Assembly (NCBI GenBank): GCA_015680685.1
Contig: MNCI01002981.1
Coordinates: 260,061 to 324,060, forward strand
Direction: 5' to 3'
DNA from: Gnetum montanum
Lineage: Eukaryota > Plantae > Gnetophyta
Length of the DNA stretch: 64,000 nt
The notes beneath the pieces were generated by a model, which was not told the origin of the DNA, made no database searches, and was given only the letters and a program-made list of their open reading frames with translations. The position numbers and the translations under genes are program-made. Positions 61,029 through 64,000 of the stretch are shown piece by piece (positions within the stretch are counted from its first letter, which is position 1; every line of letters begins with the position of its first letter).

Positions 61029-63015
61029 TTAATGCTTGTATTCAACGTACTGAGGCATGGTTGGATTATTTTTCTCCTGTCTCAAGAGTTCTTTGACAAT
61101 AAAATCTTCGGTGGTCTTTTTGATCAGGGGAAGGCCTGGCTCAAAATGTTCCTTCAGTTGATCAATGCATTCTGCCACGAGCGTTTGATGTGCCATAGTC
61201 CTCCTGGCCTTCATGATTCTTGCAATTGCCGCATCTAGTGCATGCTTTCTATTCTTCTGGGCTTTTTCAACAACCTCAGCGACCAGCTTTTTCTTTTCCT
61301 CTGCATGAATCATGGGAATAATTATTCTTGTTTTTCCCTCCCTAAACTCTGTAAACTCTACATTAAATTCAAGTTTCTCTACGATTCAAACCACGTTTAT
61401 ACATAAGTTTAGGGATGGGTTCGCAAGTAGGGATGTGAATTAATAAATAATAAAATATTTAAATTATATAAAAAGGGGAATAAGAATAATTTGAACAATT
61501 ATCACATGATTGTTGTGAGTAATAATTTTGCTAAAGTTGCTAGGCACTCTCCTAAAAAAAAGAATGACTTCTTAGGCTAAAGGTAACCAGGTCAAGACAA
61601 GATTTCATTTCTTAGGCTAAAGTTAACTAGGGCAAGATTGCAAGTAGGTTTCAAACAAAATCACTCTACTTTTGATCACTTAGTTACTCTTAGACATTGC
61701 ATGTAGTTTGCAAAAATGCTTAATAAAAAAGCTTTTATTTGTTTTATTGATTTTGCAAAACCATATGATTCACTGATTCATACAAAACTATGGTTACGGT
61801 TACATAAAATTAGCCTCCCTTTAGATTTGATTGCAACAACTTAACGATTGTATGAGAAAGTGATTATTGAAATTATAGATTGCAATTCAGAGAAAAATTT
61901 TCAATTCCAAAGCAAAATTGTAGTTAAATAAAGTTACCGACTTTCTCCAAGTCTCTTTGGTATTTTTATTGATGAAATGCTGAAATGGTTGTGCAATTGG
62001 CAAGATAGTTATGCTATCAAAATTGGATCCTAAGCAGTGAATCCTCTTTTATATGTAGATGATACTACCTTGATTTAGGTATGCAAAATATGTTGCAAAT
62101 TTTAGAAAATTATTGTCATTTATCTAGTGTTCAAGTGAATGTCAATAAAACCAAATTGATGATATGGGTTATAAGAAATAACTATTATAACTTTCATTTT
62201 GGAGGTACTAATGTGCAAATAGAAAATTTTTAAAAAATATTTGGGTCTTATTTATATGAACAATTATATGTGGGGAAAGTGCATCAAAGAAAAAATAGCA
62301 AGAGGTTTTAAGGCTTTGTGTACTTTTAGAAACAAGTGCAAGAATTTAGGACTCTTGGCTTAGAAGGTTAGAAAATAAAATTTTCAAACTATCATCTATT
62401 GTATTGTATGGATGTGTTATTTGGGTACCTAGACTTGATGATAAACTTTGGAAAGATATTGAAAGAATGCCAAAAACTTTCTTCTCAATGAGTTAAAGGT
62501 GAAGATGCAAATATCTTACTCAATGTTATTATGTAAATGTGATTTATTATCTTTAGAAGTAGAAGCCTTGTGCCAATTCATTACATATATACATTCATAG
62601 TTTGCATATCTTAAGGCAAAACAAATTCTATAAAGTAGTTCTTGAGGATTCACGAGACCATGGTTGGTATTTTTAGAAGATGTAATGGTTGAGAAAATAA
62701 AACATCTCTTGGGAGGATGTGTAATAAAATCCTAAGCATATTTGTTAACTAGTCAAGCAAAAGGTTTTAACATAGATGTGGACTAATGTGAAAGGCAAAG
62801 GTGATTTTATTTACACCACATTAAATCTAATAAAATGGATGTAGAAGCTCACTATCTCTAAGCTACTATTACCATCAAGTATTGGAATACTATTAGCAAA
62901 TTTTGCTTAAGTTCTCATCATTTTAGAATTGAAAGTGGAAGATGGATTCAACTCCCCCAAACAAATCACATTTGTAGGTTGTGCATATTAGGAGGCTTTG
63001 AAGATGAGTTACTTG

Positions 63016-63046
<31 letters not shown>

Positions 63047-63856
63047 TTTTTGTGCTATGACTAACTATTTGAAGCAACATTATAATGTTATAGCAAAAAG
63101 ATTATGATTTCTTTTTGATGCCCCATTGGTGCTTGGTCAATTTGTAGAATCTATATACATTGTTCATGAAAATGTAATATATGTCCAATAAATTTTATGG
63201 GTTTTAAAACATAATAAAGCTTCATTTCATTTTCATTTTCATTTAAATTATATATTTGTATCTTTTTTATATTTTATATTTATTAAATATTATTTGTAAT
63301 TTAAAATAAATTAAAAATATTAGCCAAGAATCCTATCCGCTTCTATTGGCACTCTTGCTTCGGATACACACTATACGCAGAAATTTTCCAGGATTCAGAA
63401 TCCATAACGCATACTTTAAAAGCTGGTATCTTCAGCACGACAAAAATTCCACCATTCATGCTGTATCTTCATGACTGCAGCTGTTTAACCTCATATTGAT
63501 TTCAGAAAATGCGAGCTTGTCTTCAGAGTTAAACAGCAGAAGTAGGCATGTCTAGTCAGTTGTAGAACCAGCTCATTCTCCTGCTTTCCCCATTTCCTGA
63601 TTACGTGGTAGGTTCCCACAGAATGAATCCATGTCAGTTTCCTAGTTTCAAGAGCTGCGGTATAAAAGTTTTTGACTAACTCTGTACATGTTAACAGTTC
63701 CACAGAGATCCAAATGATTTGTATGTCTCGCACTTCTATCGAGATACCCAAAGACTTTAAGAAAGCCACTTCACCATAACTTTGTATTTCTTCCAGTCTC
63801 TCTGTGCTCTTTTCTGGGTTATCAATTGGGATGCTGCTTGCCAAGTTTTGGTGCAC
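61029..63856 (-). pseudogene. Divergent CUL1-like cullin C-terminal region, apparently pseudogenised and interrupted by an RTEX-like LINE
   Basis: Neddylation domain RKHALDAAIARIMKARRTMAHQTLVAECIDQL...LIKKTTEDFI (61029-61380); cullin core VKNFY...RKLTWIHSVGT...ELVL, then a frameshift and stops (TD*TCLLLLFNSEDKLAFSEI...LSC*RYQLL) at ~63400-63600. Confidence 0.75.
61600..63200 (+). mobile_element. 5'-truncated RTEX-like non-LTR retrotransposon remnant
   Basis: CFIDFAKPYDS...KLW, LSPSLFGIFIDE, LLYVDD, VQVNVNKTK, KYLGL and C-terminal LSSHHFRIESGRW...ICRLC...EDE. Boundaries approximate. Confidence 0.75.
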
Positions 63857-64000
63857 TACTAAATAAGGTTCCCTAGATTACATCCTGGGGCTCTTTGTCA
63901 CGTCAGAAATATTAATTTTTTAAAATTTAACTTATTTTTAAAAATATATATATTTTTGAGCTTGACTCAATGGCAGCTAAGAGAGCCAAAGAGAGTGCGA

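Overview
AT-rich land-plant nuclear DNA, possibly from a non-flowering lineage since it carries RTEX-type LINE remnants. There are two intact spliced host genes in convergent orientation. The first is an 8-exon, ~2049-aa protein on + (CDS 19005-28091) with LRRK2/aardvark-style armadillo repeats, ankyrin repeats and a coiled coil. The second is an 8-exon, 381-aa RlmN-like radical-SAM RNA methyltransferase on - (59944-29890), with TE-filled introns of 7.4 and 19.5 kb. A decayed CUL1-like cullin lies at the right end. Most of the rest is retroelements with readable boundaries and target-site duplications (TSDs): a gag-pol Athila-type Gypsy (1317-11509); a pol-less Athila-type element with gag plus a large accessory ORF (48485-57696); two internally deleted Copia elements (13196-18137 and 41200-47476, the latter holding a 2.3-kb solo LTR); a full-length L1-type LINE (32394-38289); RTE and RTEX remnants; and a Tourist MITE. 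Three signals stand out. (1) The LINE carries a third ORF inside its TSD/poly(A) boundaries that resembles the accessory ORFs of Gypsy elements. (2) The two Athila-like elements share cis-signals but have complementary coding content. (3) An internal TATA module in the pol-less element repeats its own U3 motifs ahead of the accessory ORF. All TE reading frames are degenerate. Domain and lineage calls come from manual motif recognition, not database searches.
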